64,000 nucleotides of DNA from Antedon mediterranea (lineage: Eukaryota; Animalia; Echinodermata), in the NCBI RefSeq assembly GCF_964355755.1, contig NC_092675.1, forward strand, positions 3,343,812 through 3,407,811, given 5' to 3'. Below are positions 29,470 through 42,395 of the stretch, piece after piece. How positions within the stretch are numbered: position 1 is the first letter of the stretch; the number at the start of each line of letters is the position of its first letter. The notes beneath the pieces were generated by a model. That model worked only from the letters and a program-made list of their open reading frames with translations. It did not search any database and was not told where the DNA came from. The position numbers and the translations under genes were made by a program.

Positions 29470-30253
29470 GTAAGTACGACTGGTTTTTTACAAGGAAATT
29501 TCGCTACAAACAATCGGATGTTTGATGGAAGATGGAGGTGCATGAAGAAGGCAATTGTTGAACCAACACTATAACATCAGAATTGTATATCATCTGTGGA
29601 GAACCATTATGACTTGCCAAGCCATGTGTGTTCATCATTTAATCAAGTTTAATTCCTCAAGAAAATAATCCTGACTTTGTTGCTGTTGATCTGACGCAAA
29701 CAAAATTGTTCAGTGTCCTGATAGAAAATAATTTTTTCCTGCTTTAATACTGTTTTTGAATGTATTTGTATATATTATTTTCAAATTTCAGAATTTTTTT
29801 TTTCATAATTTATTATGTTTAATATGCTTGTAATAGAGTTTTATCTCAGATCTGGTCTCAAATATGTACAACACTAGCTGAATACTTAAACACTAAAAAA
29901 GAAAAGGTAGGGGCGTTTAAATGAGGTTAAGGTTATTTTCAAAGATTTTCAATTGGCTGCGACCACATATTTCGCGGTGGTTATACCACAAAAAGCGTTT
30001 ATTAATTCCAAGACAATTACAAGAAAAAAATGGGTGAGTTTTCTTATCCCAATTTTTAATTTAACATTTTATATAAAATTACCATTACAAATTGAACTCG
30101 TTTTTAAAAAGGCCTTTTGTTTTAAATGGCTAGAAATCAGACCTATTATTTACCGCAATAGGTTGAATAAGATGTTGTACATATTTTGGACCAGATGGGT
30201 TACCAAGGGGACGTCCACCCTTGCATTACAAATCATGTTTATTTGCTTTTCAG

Positions 30254-31294
30254 ATGTACACACGTCTCCTATGTTCTATGCTAGAATGCGGGGACGAAAT
30301 CTATATCATAAACCGAAACGGAAACGGCCGGGGTGGCGAGTTACAGAAAGCGGAAAAGACATCGGCAGACAGGATAATTCATCAAAAGTAAGGGACCCAA
30401 GATCACAAAATAGGAGCATTATGCACGGAAATGTAGAAAGACAATGGCGGAAAAGAAAGAGGCATAAGAAAAGGAGAATGGAAGACGGAAAAAAGGTGGC
30501 TGGGCAGAGTTCAGAAAAAGAGAGGGGACCAGAAACGCCGGAAGAAAGGAATTTGTCGCAAAGAATGGCCAAAGAAAGAACTAATGAAATGCAATCGGAA
30601 TCTAGTAGATTAAGGGTTGGACAGCAAGGGCAGGCTGCTCACACTGACACAGTAAGAACTTCACAAAGTAGTGAGCAATCTTATATAAGAACTACTAACA
30701 TTCCTGCCAATGTCCATCAAGTTGATCCATCTAGAATTTCAGCCATGAATATTAGCAGCTATCCAACAGCCTTAGAATCGCACATACACCACGTTTTTCC
30801 TCCGGTGTCAAATATTCGTGGCAGCTTACCCGTACACGGTGCTTCTCCTATATTACTGCAATCACAAAAAACAATGTCCCACTCGATGCAGTCTACCACA
30901 ACTGAAAGTAGTTTAAGACATAATAATACTGGTAGGATACCCAGTAACCTTAATTTACCCCCCAAAATACACACCCAACCTCATCAAATTAGCACTAGTA
31001 GTACAGCAGAATCGAGCAGTCCAATTATTGTCTCGTCAAAATCGTTACAAGTTATGTCTGTCGAACCGCCTTTAGAAGGAATGGAAACGGTAACGCCACA
31101 AATCGTGTCCACACAATCATTAGCACCACCAGATAATAACAGCCCGCCTCCGCACCAAGGGCTAGAGGACAGTGCCTCGCAAGAAAGGAATTGGAGAGAT
31201 TTTCAAGCAAGACTTGCAGATGAGGCAAGGAAGTCGCTGTCTGCAAGAGCAGAAAATGATGCAGCATCAGTTGAGGTCGTCGAGATGCCTCCAG
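30254..31294 (+). CDS. Constant exon of NPL-BEN isoforms: basic NLS-like clusters and Ser/Thr/Pro-rich disordered linker
   Basis: ttttcag acceptor, 1041-nt open exon, phase 1 to phase 1, gtaaag donor; KPKRKRP and RKRKRHKKRR clusters. Confidence 0.85.
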
Positions 31295-31649
31295 GTAAAG
31301 ACAAATATCAATAATAGTGCAAGTTTACAATGCATGCTTAACCTTCCCTGGCTCCTGGCTGATTTAAAATCCTGGCTCAAGCACAGTCTATCTTCATAAT
31401 CACAACATGTGCTTTAGTTGAAATATAAAAACACTACAACAATTAACAACATTTTAATCATGTCTTATTCCTTTAACAAATTCGGCTATTTTATATTCTG
31501 ATAAATTCAATTTACGTAATTGATATATTTATGCATTGATTTTAACTTTGATGGTTTGATATGGTCCATAATGTCTATCCTTTCAAGTAATTTTTAGCCA
31601 AGCATCCTTGACATAATAATATACCTTTGATACTGAATATCTATTACAG

Positions 31650-31819
31650 ACAGTGAAAATGACCAAACCGTAAAGCAGGAGACATTACCAATAGATATTG
31701 ACCAACCCGGGCCAAGTCGTGACGTATCCATTCCCATAATACCTGACGCTGTGGGCGTTGGTGGCGTAGTAAAGTACAATAATGATGGAAATCCTTGTTA
31801 CTTTGACCTAACGTCCGGG
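31650..31819 (+). CDS. Constant exon of NPL-BEN isoforms (linker with VKQE SUMO-consensus)
   Basis: ttacag acceptor, phase 1 to phase 0, gtaagt donor; DSENDQTVKQETLPIDIDQPGPSRD...YFDLTSG. Confidence 0.8.
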
Positions 31820-32297
31820 GTAAGTCTTGACGTGATAAATCATTATAGTTTAAAGGCGCCCTCTATTTTACCTGCGGCATTGAGATTGATACCCAAATTC
31901 CTAATTGCATTTTTAGGTTTGAAAAATGGCAATCTCAAGACTTTAAAGTTAATTTGCTTTTTAGATTAATGTTTATGCATGAAACAAATCGATTCAATTT
32001 TCTAATTTAAATTATAGTTTGTTTAATTATCTTGTAATAAATTCAGTCTCAACTTTGCAATGACTAAAAAAGGTTTCCTACAAATAAACTGAAAGTATTC
32101 ATGTGTAAATATTTTCTATGTGATTATTTTTTTCAGTTTAGTTCATACATTAATAATAATATATCCTTGATTTATAAAGTGTCCAATGTCGATGATGACA
32201 TGAGAGATGTACATACAAAAAAAATCCCAAATACCGCGTCTTTGTACAGTATGCTTCACAATTGGACTATCTGGTTTTGCTATGTAGTGTAGCATTA

Positions 32298-32479
32298 AAG
32301 CTTGGTTCCCACTAGAACGTAACGCAAGGACGTAAACTCAAAGCAAGCGTTTTAACCAATGACAAGCAAAGTTATAGACAGTTAACAATCACAAGCGAAT
32401 AAGCCATCGCTTGTGATTGGTCAATTCACTTGCGTTGCGTTACGTCCTTGTGTTGCGTCGCTAGTGGGAACCAAGCTTT
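32298..32479. mobile_element. MITE family B (palindromic)
   Basis: TIR aagcttggttcccactag ... ctagtgggaaccaagctt with extended internal palindromy; degenerate relatives near 2525-2720 and 2840-2985. Confidence 0.8.
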
Positions 32480-32591
32480 ATGGTGTCTTGTTCCTACTTT
32501 GCTGTGATATTTATCAACACTTTAATTAGATTCTTAGATAAAGTACAATACATTAGATTTAGAGAGAACTAAATGTTTTATTTTGTTACAG

Positions 32592-32835
32592 CCTGATGTC
32601 GATACAGTACGGTTAGCTGAAGGCTATAACGTCTTCATCAGCAAACGTAGACTGGCCGACATCGAGCAGGCCTCGCGAGAATGTTCTCGCAACCCATGGT
32701 CATTATGTATTCGTCGTTTACTGGATGCATTTTTTGACCGTGAAACGCTTGCCATGGGCAAAGCAACTGACCATGGTCATTCTAAAAATCCAAATCGTCA
32801 ACCTTTGAACCAGGAGATTATTCAAGCAATTAAAG
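32592..32835 (+). CDS. Constant exon encoding the N-terminal part of a BEN domain
   Basis: VRLAEGYNVFISKRRL...LCIRRLLDAFFDRETLAMGKATDHG...RQPLNQEIIQAIK fits the BEN pattern (LL..FF..E.LA...G...PL...I.AIK). It stops at a phase-1 gtgagt donor before the last helices. Confidence 0.85.
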
Positions 32836-35071
32836 GTGAGTTTACATTAATGTTTTATGGCTTTTATGATTTGTTTTCCCAGACAAAAAAAAACATTTAG
32901 GTGTCTGAAATGATCGCGTTTGTAGTTTATTAAATTTTAGTGAACAATTTTTAAAAAAATTTTAAAAATGATGTAAATTATTGTAATATGAATATGATTA
33001 CAAAGCATTTTTAACCTGTTGTGATTTCTGAAATATTCACAAAAATTTTCTTTTACGCCAGTTAGTGACTCCAATAATCACATTTTATACCAATATTTAG
33101 AAATTGCAATTCAAAATTGGAAGCTTGTTTTTAAGGTCACAGATCACTATCTATTTTTAGAAAAACTAAATTACTGCCATCTTGGAAGGAATTGAACCCA
33201 ACACCTTCAGTATGAAAAAGTCGCCTTTAGACCATCCTGTAATCACAAAATAGTGTTAATTTTTAATTTAAAATCAATTTAATTTGGCTTGATTTAATTT
33301 ATGCTAATATTACTATAGTTGATTGATAATATAATCTGTAATAATGATTGCTAAAAATAGAAAGGAGATGCAAAGTTTGTCTTTATTATCTAAAGCATGA
33401 ACCTAAATGTTTTTGGGAGAACAAATCAGAAGGAAAATGCACTTGATGGCTTGGTTTCAGTCCATGAACGAACTTAGTCTATTCATAATCGTCGGTATCT
33501 ATTTTCTAAAAATGCACTATGCACTGATTTCATTTACATTTTTTACAGTACGATATGGTGCTTGTTAAAATACAAATTAAATTATTGAAATACACACATT
33601 AATAAAAGTATCTAAAAACAATATCAAACCAGTAGTTTTTAAACGATATTTAACACTAATTCAATTTGAGTACTATGAATAAAAGACAGAACCGTGATTA
33701 GACCCCTGAACCAACAATACTTGCAACTGTTTAGAAACAGTTAAATAAATTATATTCAAGTACTGTATATTAATCTGAAATCTCAAATTGAGGAGAATTT
33801 AATTACTAAAAGATGCGTCTCAAATCTTGGCAGGCGCGAATTTAGCCAAAATTTAACAGCCAATGTATTTTAAAAATAAAATGAATATTTTTTGGGGAGG
33901 AAATATGTTTACATCGATAGTAGTCTAGATTTAATATACGAATTATGTATTACAAAGAATTTAAAAAGAAAAACATACTGATACCTATGGTTTTAAATTG
34001 AATGAACTTGTGATAAAACCTCTGTTTTAGTACTGCAGTATTTGAAATGTTAAAAGATGATTTATAAATGGTATTTCTGAGTGCATTGTTGTCATGGATG
34101 TGCCAAGTTCAAGTGTATTTTTCTTATGTATGTGTCAGTATATATCTTCAATCAATTCCGTGCATGGGTTTACCCATGTTATAATAACCAATAGAAGAAT
34201 ACCAAGCAGGATATTTGCTTGGATCTCTGAACATCCAAATATTATCAACTGAGATCATGGAATACAAGATGAGATGTTACCATTAGATTGATTACGATGA
34301 TGATCTCTAGTGTCTGCAAGCCGTTTTGTTTTGTTGTAAATGTAAAATACATTAATTTGTGATTTTGTGAAAAAATATTAGGTTAGCATGTAAAAGTAAT
34401 TACTATACCATTTAATAATTGTTCTAAGGTTCAATATTTACGAAGAAGCAGTTGTGCGGTGTAGATATTTTGTTTAGCTACGAAAAGTAGTTTAAAAATG
34501 AATTCTACAGAATGAGTTTGCAGTTTTTTTTCTAATGTTTGTTTCGCAGTGTCGAGTAAAAAAATAGTTGACTTCAATTGTAATATGACATATGAATATA
34601 CGATTGTTTTCATACAGTAGGTTAAAAAAAACCTGGTGTACATCATTAGTAGTAGTAGACTTTTATCAACAGATTGTAATGCTCTATTGTAAATAATTCT
34701 AGAATGCTTTCGTTTTGTAAATCCACATTTTGTGGTACAATTATTACAACATCAATTAACAGTTTACTGTTATCAATATATTGTTTGATTCAAGTTTACA
34801 TTTTATGACTGGCCTCTGATGCCAAACCAGATCTACAGGTGTACCATCATATAAGCTAATCATGTTTTGGTGTATTATTGGCCAGTGTGATTGATATAAA
34901 AGATTTGAGGATAAAAATATAGATTCTTATATTACCCATAATATTGGTGTAACTTACAAAAATTGTTGAACTCCATGTAGCTTCAAATCAAACGGTTTGA
35001 ACTTTGAGCTTATAGATAGTTTGACCCACTATGACCTTTGGCTTGACACGCTACTCTTTTCTTTCTGGTAG

Positions 35072-35220
35072 CTTTCACACAGAAAAGATGCAACTTATTT
35101 GAGACTGACAGTAACCGAATAATAGCGGGATACATCCAAGATATCCGCCGAGTAGACCGTAGGCAGGCTTTGAAGTTGTCTGCGACTTCAATTGGCAAAG
35201 AATATCAGAATGACATTTGA
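35072..35220 (+). CDS. Variable BEN terminal exon V1 (class I)
   Basis: Phase-1 acceptor; AFTQKRCNLFETDSNRIIAGYIQDIRRVDRRQALKLSATSIGKEYQNDI*. Confidence 0.8.
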
Positions 35221-35726
35221 AAATATGTTGCTAACCTAACAATAACTTGTTGATTAAAACTGTTAACTTAAATCAATCTTCATACAATGAAAAATATTAG
35301 TTCCAGAAAGGGCCTAAACAAATAAATCAAATTCTGAAAATATGTACAATAGCCCCAAAATGTTTTAACAACAACGGTAAACGTCTGACATTTTTCTATA
35401 ACACATTAACAATAATCATAATGCAGGTTATCACTTGCTACAGTACTATAGAATTAGGGATTATTTAACATAATTTGTTAATATTTCAAATGAGATCGTG
35501 GAATATAAGATGCCATCATTCGCTTTTTGATTGATTATGATAGTTTCTAGCGTCTGCAAGCCGTTTTGTTTTAAATGTAAAATAATAATTGTTGTGGTTG
35601 TTAATTTGATTTCTCATTTTGTGTAACCACAAAACTACCCGTGATCTGTGTGAGTGGTTTAGACAGTTTCAAAGCTCGACGCACTATGACCTTTGGCCTG
35701 ACACGCTACTCTTTTCTTCCTGCTAG

Positions 35727-35881
35727 CTTTCATGCAGAAGAGATACAACAAATGCAAAGGGCATGACTGTAACCGAATAATAGCTGGATACATCCGCAAT
35801 AGCCGTCGAGGATGCCATCGTCGAGCTTTGGTGTTGTCTGCGACTGATAGTGCTGGAGTGTATTGGATTCCTAAAATTTAA
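35727..35881 (+). CDS. Variable BEN terminal exon V2 (class I)
   Basis: AFMQKRYNKCKGHDCNRIIAGYIRNSRRGCHRRALVLSATDSAGVYWIPKI*. Confidence 0.8.
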
Positions 35882-36086
35882 GTGTATGAAAAATGTACAT
35901 AGTTTTAGTTACCTTGAGATTTTCTTAAATATGTAAGGTCTTTATTAAATATAGAGAAACAAAATACAGTCTATATTTCTGATTGCATGCTGTAGTTAAA
36001 ATAAAATGAACAGTAGAATACATCAGTCACTCCAAAGTCAAAATTATAACCTTTGGCCTGACATGCAACTATTTACTTCCTGTTAG

Positions 36087-36200
36087 ATTTTTTGTTGTAA
36101 CGGTTAAACAATCTGAGATTAAATAAACCAAATGAAGCCTGTAGACTTCAAAGATATCCGCCGAATCTTGAGAAAAAAAAATTAATGCTTAGAGTTGGGT
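36087..36200 (+). pseudogene. Degenerate variable exon V3 (class I pseudo-exon)
   Basis: Decayed upstream element (aacctttggcctgacatgcaact) and a recognisable aaagatatccgccga (KDIRR), but a TAA at codon 5 and a frameshift. End coordinate approximate. Confidence 0.7.
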
Positions 36201-36510
36201 AGTGTGTGTCCCTGAATACATTTGGATAACACATTTCCTACAGTAGGATGTTTAAATACTGTAAAATCAGCTTCTACCTGTACTCAATAAAATGAACAGT
36301 TTACAATGAACTTTTTTTGACATAGAAATTGTAATGCATTACTTAGTCACTACCTTATGGTATGTTATTCAACATTAGGGTCGTTTCTCTGTGTTTTTAA
36401 ATTTAGAAAATACTTGTAAATCCACTGCCAATCAAGCTGTTTTAAATTTTACCAGTTTCAACGTACTAAATGACCTTTGGTCTGACACGCTACTATTTTC
36501 TTCCTGCTAG

Positions 36511-36656
36511 CATTCGTGTTGAAGCGGTTTGACAAATCAAAGCCCGAAAGTAACCAAATAATGGCTGTATACATCAACGATATTCGCCGAGTCTCGACTA
36601 GAAGAAGATTCAGAGCTGAGACTTCTAAAGACTACTGTCCGAATACTTTTATATAA
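36511..36656 (+). CDS. Variable BEN terminal exon V4 (class I)
   Basis: AFVLKRFDKSKPESNQIMAVYINDIRRVSTRRRFRAETSKDYCPNTFI*. Confidence 0.8.
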
Positions 36657-36850
36657 AAATGTAGAGGATTTTGAAATACTGTACTGTCAGACTCTATTCT
36701 ATACAGACTTGATAAAATAAATTGGTTGGTTTTCTGTGAATTTAGAAAATAATAAAAGTGAACAGTAATTCCAATCAAGCCGTTTTAAACTTTGTCAGCA
36801 TCAAAGCCTAACGTACTAAAATGACCTTTGGCCTATTTTCTTCCTGCTAG

Positions 36851-37044
36851 CTTTTATGGAGAAAAAGTTCAACAAATCTAATACTGAATCTAACCGAGTA
36901 ATGGCTGGATACCTCAAAGATATCCGCCGAGGATTTAACCAAGGCTATCTACAGACAACGAGAAGATACACGGCTCAGCATGCCAACCTAGGAACGTTGA
37001 TGTTATCTCAGACTGGGACTAATTTGTATTACAGTAGTAGCTGA
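36851..37044 (+). CDS. Variable BEN terminal exon V5 (class I)
   Basis: AFMEKKFNKSNTESNRVMAGYLKDIRRGFNQGYLQTTRR...YSSS*. Confidence 0.75.
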
Positions 37045-37903
37045 TAACATTCTAGTTTTATGGTGTTTATTCTTATTTAATTTGTTACAGTATCAATTGT
37101 ACTTAAACTGTTCTGACTGACATACAGCCAATAATAATGATTTAGGTATTTGTATAGCGCCAGTATCAAATAAACCAAAGTAAAAATCAAAGGCGCTAGC
37201 ATTAGATGTGATGCATTTTAAGTTCTTTTTTATAAAATAACAATGGATGGTGATTTAGTAATATGTCGAGGGAGAGAATTCCTTAGGATTTGGTGTTCAT
37301 CATATTTAACTGCAAACATAGTTTTAAGTTGATATTTGTTGTTGAATCGTTGAATTTTTACAATGTTCGCATTGTGTTGCTAGGCCTAGGCTACTCTGTA
37401 GGCACTAACGTATGGCTATCCATAGCCTGACCTAACCACAGCTTCTAAGATGTACAGTACTGGTTCCAACATAGTAGAATAGCACCACGACATGATCATT
37501 AACATCGTTCATTCACTCACATGTCTACTTAAATCGTGACATTCAATTACTTTGTTTTAAAGTGAGTCAATTTTGGGAGATTGAAGTTGGGATAAAGTCA
37601 TAGATGAAACCCTTGATCAATAGTAGTAATATCCGTTGTTTACAGCTGAAAGAATTGAAGAAATGAAAGGTGTTTTATTTTCTGGAAAATCTCGGCAATG
37701 TTGATTTACTATAATTACTGTACTAATTTTTTGTATAAACGGAGGTTTGGTTAATTTTAAAGATTTACATTGTTAGAAATGCATCTGTGAACATTGAGAA
37801 TTAATTTAGCTTCAATTAAAGTAATTTCTAATGATGTCCAGCTTTAGACAGTTTCTGACGCACTATGACCTTTGGCCTGACACTACTCTTTTTTTCCTGC
37901 TAG

Positions 37904-38046
37904 TTTTCGTGCTGAAACGGTTCAACAAATCTAAGCCCGAAAGTAACCAAATAATGGCTGTATACATCAAAGATATCCGCCGAACCTCGTACAGAAGAAA
38001 TGTTATTGCTGCGAATAGGAATGAGTGTCGATTTGCTTTTATGTAA
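37904..38046 (+). CDS. Variable BEN terminal exon V6 (class I)
   Basis: VFVLKRFNKSKPESNQIMAVYIKDIRRTSYRRNVIAANRNECRFAFM*. Confidence 0.8.
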
Positions 38047-38325
38047 TAATGTACTGTAGAGGATGTAAACAAAAAATAATATAACTTCAGCATTTAAATC
38101 AGTAAAATAAATTTTAGGTTTAGTTCAACAACTTAGATTAATTTGCTTAGAAATGTCTCCACATTTTAGAGGTTGACTTGTGTGTTGCTTCTCTGACCAG
38201 TGTTTGGGTTTTTTTTTTCTCGAATTTACAAAGTAAGATTGGCAATGTTATTATCAAGCAAGCCGTCTTTTACCTCCACTTAAAATGACCTTTGGCCTGA
38301 CACGGTACTCTTTTCTTCCTGCCAG

Positions 38326-38423
38326 CTTGCATGCAGAAATGCTTCAACAAGTCTAATCCCGAGACTAACCGAATAATAGCTGGATACATCAAAGATATCC
38401 GTCGAGGATCGTACCGACTTTGA
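38326..38423 (+). CDS. Variable BEN terminal exon V7 (class I)
   Basis: ACMQKCFNKSNPETNRIIAGYIKDIRRGSYRL*. Confidence 0.75.
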
Positions 38424-38841
38424 AACTACAGATGAGAGTATCAAGTAATATTATATAACTACAGTACTATACACACGCTTGGTAAATTAACTATAGATAT
38501 GAACTTGATAATTTAACTACTGTATAGAGGTTAGGTTTAATCGACTTTTGCATAGAAATTTCCACAAATTTAGAATTGGATTTCTTACTTGTGTCTACAG
38601 TATCTTGTTAAATCAACCTGAATTATACAGATGGTTTTGTTTTCTTGAATCTAAAAATTTAAAATACTGTAGTAAATTCCATTTTATCTACTGTAAACAA
38701 CCTCTAGATGGTTAAATTTTTATAATTGTACATAAAAATATTCTGTGAGCAATAGAGTTCATGTAGATTCAACTTAAACCTTAGACAGTTTCAAAGCCTG
38801 ATGACCTTTGATCTGACACGCTACTCTTCTCTTCCTGCTAG

Positions 38842-38993
38842 CTTTCGTGCAGAAAACGTGTAGCTTATTCGAGTCGGACGTTAACCGTGTAATAGCTGGA
38901 TACATCCGAGATATCCGTCATGGAGATAAACGCAGAGAATACCGGGCTTTGAAGTTGTCTATGGCCGAGTGTGTCCGGAATACATTTAATTGA
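38842..38993 (+). CDS. Variable BEN terminal exon V8 (class I)
   Basis: AFVQKTCSLFESDVNRVIAGYIRDIRHGDKRREYRALKLSMAECVRNTFN*. Confidence 0.8.
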
Positions 38994-39291
38994 AAAATGT
39001 GTAATTCATTCATTGGGTTGTTGAAATTAGCTGTAGGGTACTTTTTAGTACAGTTTTATGGTCATTGGTATATTATTGTTTTAATCAACTGTATATGGAC
39101 AAATAGAGCAGTGATATTTTATTGTGAATAAAAATGAATTTTGAAGAAAAAACAAATGTTGAACAAATATTGGATTATTTTTTTAATTCATGTAGCTTTA
39201 AATCCAGCCCTTTAACTTTGACCTTAGACAATTTCAAAGCCTGACGCACTATGACCTTTGGCCTGACACGCTACTCTTTTCTTCCTGCTAG

Positions 39292-39461
39292 CTTTCATGC
39301 AGAAAACGTGCCAGGAATCTGAATCTGACAGTAACCGAATGATAGCGGGATACATCAGAGATATCCGCCGAGGCTACCGTGCTCGGGCTTTGAAGTTGTT
39401 TACGGCCGAGAGCGTCAGCTCAAATGACTTGCCAGCTCACTATTACTATTCATTCAACTAA
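39292..39461 (+). CDS. Variable BEN terminal exon V9 (class I)
   Basis: AFMQKTCQESESDSNRMIAGYIRDIRRGYRARALKLFTAESVSSNDLPAHYYYSFN*. Confidence 0.8.
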
Positions 39462-40957
39462 GCAAGGTCAAGGCTAGCTGTAGAAAATAATAGTTTTAAT
39501 ATTACTAGTACAGTGGAGCCTTAATTTGAAAAATTGTACAATATTTGGCTTGTTTGTATGTTTAAATTGAGGTTCCACTAGATAGATTTTAGTGCTGAGT
39601 GTATGTAACCATGGCAACTATTAATACAAAAATACCAAAGAAAAAATTATAGTTCTAAAAGCTTTTAATATTTAACAATAACATACAGTAAATAATGTTT
39701 ATTATAAAAAATATGGAATATATTTCAATTTTGTAACTAAAAAATAGATATTTTTTATCATCACTATGCTGATAATTATTAATATAATAATGCCTCGTTT
39801 TTGGCTTCTTTTATTCATTTTACCACATAGTTTTTAATCCATTTGGTTAAAATTGCCAAATTTTATTTGTGAAATGAGCATGTGTTGTTAAATTGTATTC
39901 AAAATTATCATTATACAGTATTTTTTAATTTGTATTAATTTTAAAAATTAAATTATTATTTCTACTGTACAGATGTCGTAGCATAGCTTTTAAAAACTTA
40001 TCACGATATTCCCATTACTATTTTACCAAACTGTGTGTTCTTGCGGTATGATAGTATGTCTGAGATTGTTTTTTTTTCTGTTTTAGAATTGTACATAAAG
40101 TATAGTATTTTAAATCATAGATTTATAGTTTTTATACTCTGTATTATATGTTCAAAATAGTTTTTCAAACTATAATACTGTATATTTGGGAATGTGTTTT
40201 ATTACAGTAGGTAACTGACTTTCCAAAATGTAGAGGCTATTCTGAATGCTTATCTAGGATCTAAGTATGTCCAAAGCTGAAACCCTCCCTGTTTCTGCCC
40301 AAACAAATTAAAAACCAGTTCTCGTCTAGTTTTTGTCTTGTACTTTTCGGTTGATTGTACTATAGTAGGCCTACAGTGTCGAAATGCAGTATATCATTTT
40401 GTGCTTTGTTATTCTGTGAATGTAAATTCATCAAAATGAATTATATTATAAGACTGTACTTATTGAATGACTAGATTGTAGACTTTAAATACTAACTTAT
40501 TATAAAACACATTATAAATACTGACTAATTATTATAAAACACATGCAAACTAAATATAAGATTCTTGTGTAAAACTATAAATTAAATATTCAGATTTGTT
40601 TTAAAATAAAAATCTTTTAATAATCAAATCATTTCGATATGCTACAATGTACAATAATTACAATTGTATATAGCACAGTGTCTACAGTTTATAACCGCTC
40701 TTCTATTTAAAGAAATGATATTTTATTATAATATAGGTGATACTACTGTAGTTATGCACTTAATTTAGGTCTACATAAACACAAAATAATGCAGATTTTA
40801 TTAAAATTAAAAAACCATATTTTAATTGTAAATTTAATTATTAAACAAAAATGTGTGATGCAAGTGTGGAATCAGTTATGATTATAAACGAAGCTTTAAT
40901 AGCCAATTCCAATATTTTCTACAATATTATTGAGAGATGCCCTCTTTTTCATAACAG

Positions 40958-41121
40958 TGTACGTGTCAACGAAACATGGTCTGCCAGATCGCAGGCGAAA
41001 TTTAACGCAATGCGTCAGTGATTATATAGGACATGTGCGTACTTCACTGCAGAACAAACAGCGGCGCACACAGGTCCTTAGTGAAGCTGCCAATTTGTAC
41101 AATACGGTTTTTGAATCATAG
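40958..41121 (+). CDS. Variable BEN terminal exon V10 (class II, divergent)
   Basis: VYVSTKHGLPDRRRNLTQCVSDYIGHVRTSLQNKQRRTQVLSEAANLYNTVFES*. Confidence 0.8.
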
Positions 41122-41675
41122 TCAGCGAACTTGTTACAGGTGCTGTATAGACTCCTTCCTATATTCAACTATTTTTAGTAGTATCTTTTGTGCCAGTTTG
41201 TGCCAATTTTATTTTTTTTTTGGATTCTGGTCCATACTCTTTTGTGAATGTTTTATTTTTATTTGTTTTAAACCGAGAGAAAACGAGAGGGAGAAACTCC
41301 CCACTGAAAATAAATCAATTTGATGGTAAATAAGTTTGTAATCGCCTTATTTTTCACATTTTTAACGATTTAAAGAGTTTTAAAAGTTATCTCAGTACCA
41401 TATAGTATTTATATTTAGATTAATGTAGTTTGTGACCTTAACTTAGATCTAAAAAAAAGGTAGGCAAAGGGTCTTTAAATAAATTAATTTTGAATATCTA
41501 CACTAAGTAATGCATACTCTTGAGCTGTAAGACTGAGTGACATTGTGCTCCCTCTGGGGTCTTAATGCTATCTATACAATTGACTAAAATTAATGGAAAA
41601 TTCCGTAAAAAATCATATTGACACAAAATATAAAGACAAGCATCAAGTAATCGTGGCTATTATGGTGTTTTACAG

Positions 41676-41803
41676 CCTTCGTCATATCGGTGCATGGTCC
41701 GCCCAAACGAAGAAACTTAAATCAATGTGTAAGCGTCTACATAACAGATGTACGGATAGCACTCCGAAGAATTATGCAGAAACGTGGGATGGATGGCGTG
41801 TGA
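41676..41803 (+). CDS. Variable BEN terminal exon V11 (class II)
   Basis: AFVISVHGPPKRRNLNQCVSVYITDVRIALRRIMQKRGMDGV*. Confidence 0.8.
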
Positions 41804-42261
41804 GATTTAGAAACTAATGGAAATGCAAAATCTCTACCTAGTCTACAGAAACTGGAAATAGACATCAAATTGACTTTGTTTCATCTTTAAAAAAATGTTC
41901 ACAAAAAGCTTTGACAATCAAATGTTTAGCATGAAATTCCACATCATTGATTCCTTGCTACCTTAGTTATACAATTTATTTTTTATTTAATTTATTTGAG
42001 ACAATATTCTTTATATTACACAGTACTTTTTTGTTCATCCACATCCCTTAGAACTGTTGAAATACAGTTAGTATTTAGTTAGGATGATTTGAAGAATATG
42101 GCTGTTGCGTATTATTACTAAGGTGAAAATAATTTTATTTGTGGAAATCTATGCTTTCTTCTTCCATCTTTTCAACATAATTAACTAATTATAATAAATT
42201 TCAAGAAATATTTTGAAACTTCCAATCATCAAGTAATCGTGGCTATTATGGTGTTTTACAG

Positions 42262-42395
42262 CCTTCGTCATATCGATGCATGGTCCGCTCATCGGAGGAA
42301 AGTTGAATAAATGCGTAAGCGTCTACATAACAGATGTACGAATAGCACTTCGAAAAATTATGAGGAAACATGGGATGGAGAATATGTACTTGTGA
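42262..42395 (+). CDS. Variable BEN terminal exon V12 (class II)
   Basis: AFVISMHGPLIGGKLNKCVSVYITDVRIALRKIMRKHGMENMYL*. Confidence 0.8.

Noticed and set aside
29953-30253. N-terminal 100 aa of the 453-aa ORF
   Set aside because: Intronic read-through upstream of the acceptor at 30253.
34139-34194. Phase-1 segment VYIFNQFRAWVYPCYNNQ* as a first variable exon
   Set aside because: Weak acceptor, and it stops before the recognition-helix motif; at most a decayed remnant.
41593-41817. ORF-track proteins overlapping class II exons (also 46177-46440)
   Set aside because: Wrong frame relative to the phase-1 splice; that frame has stops in sister copies.
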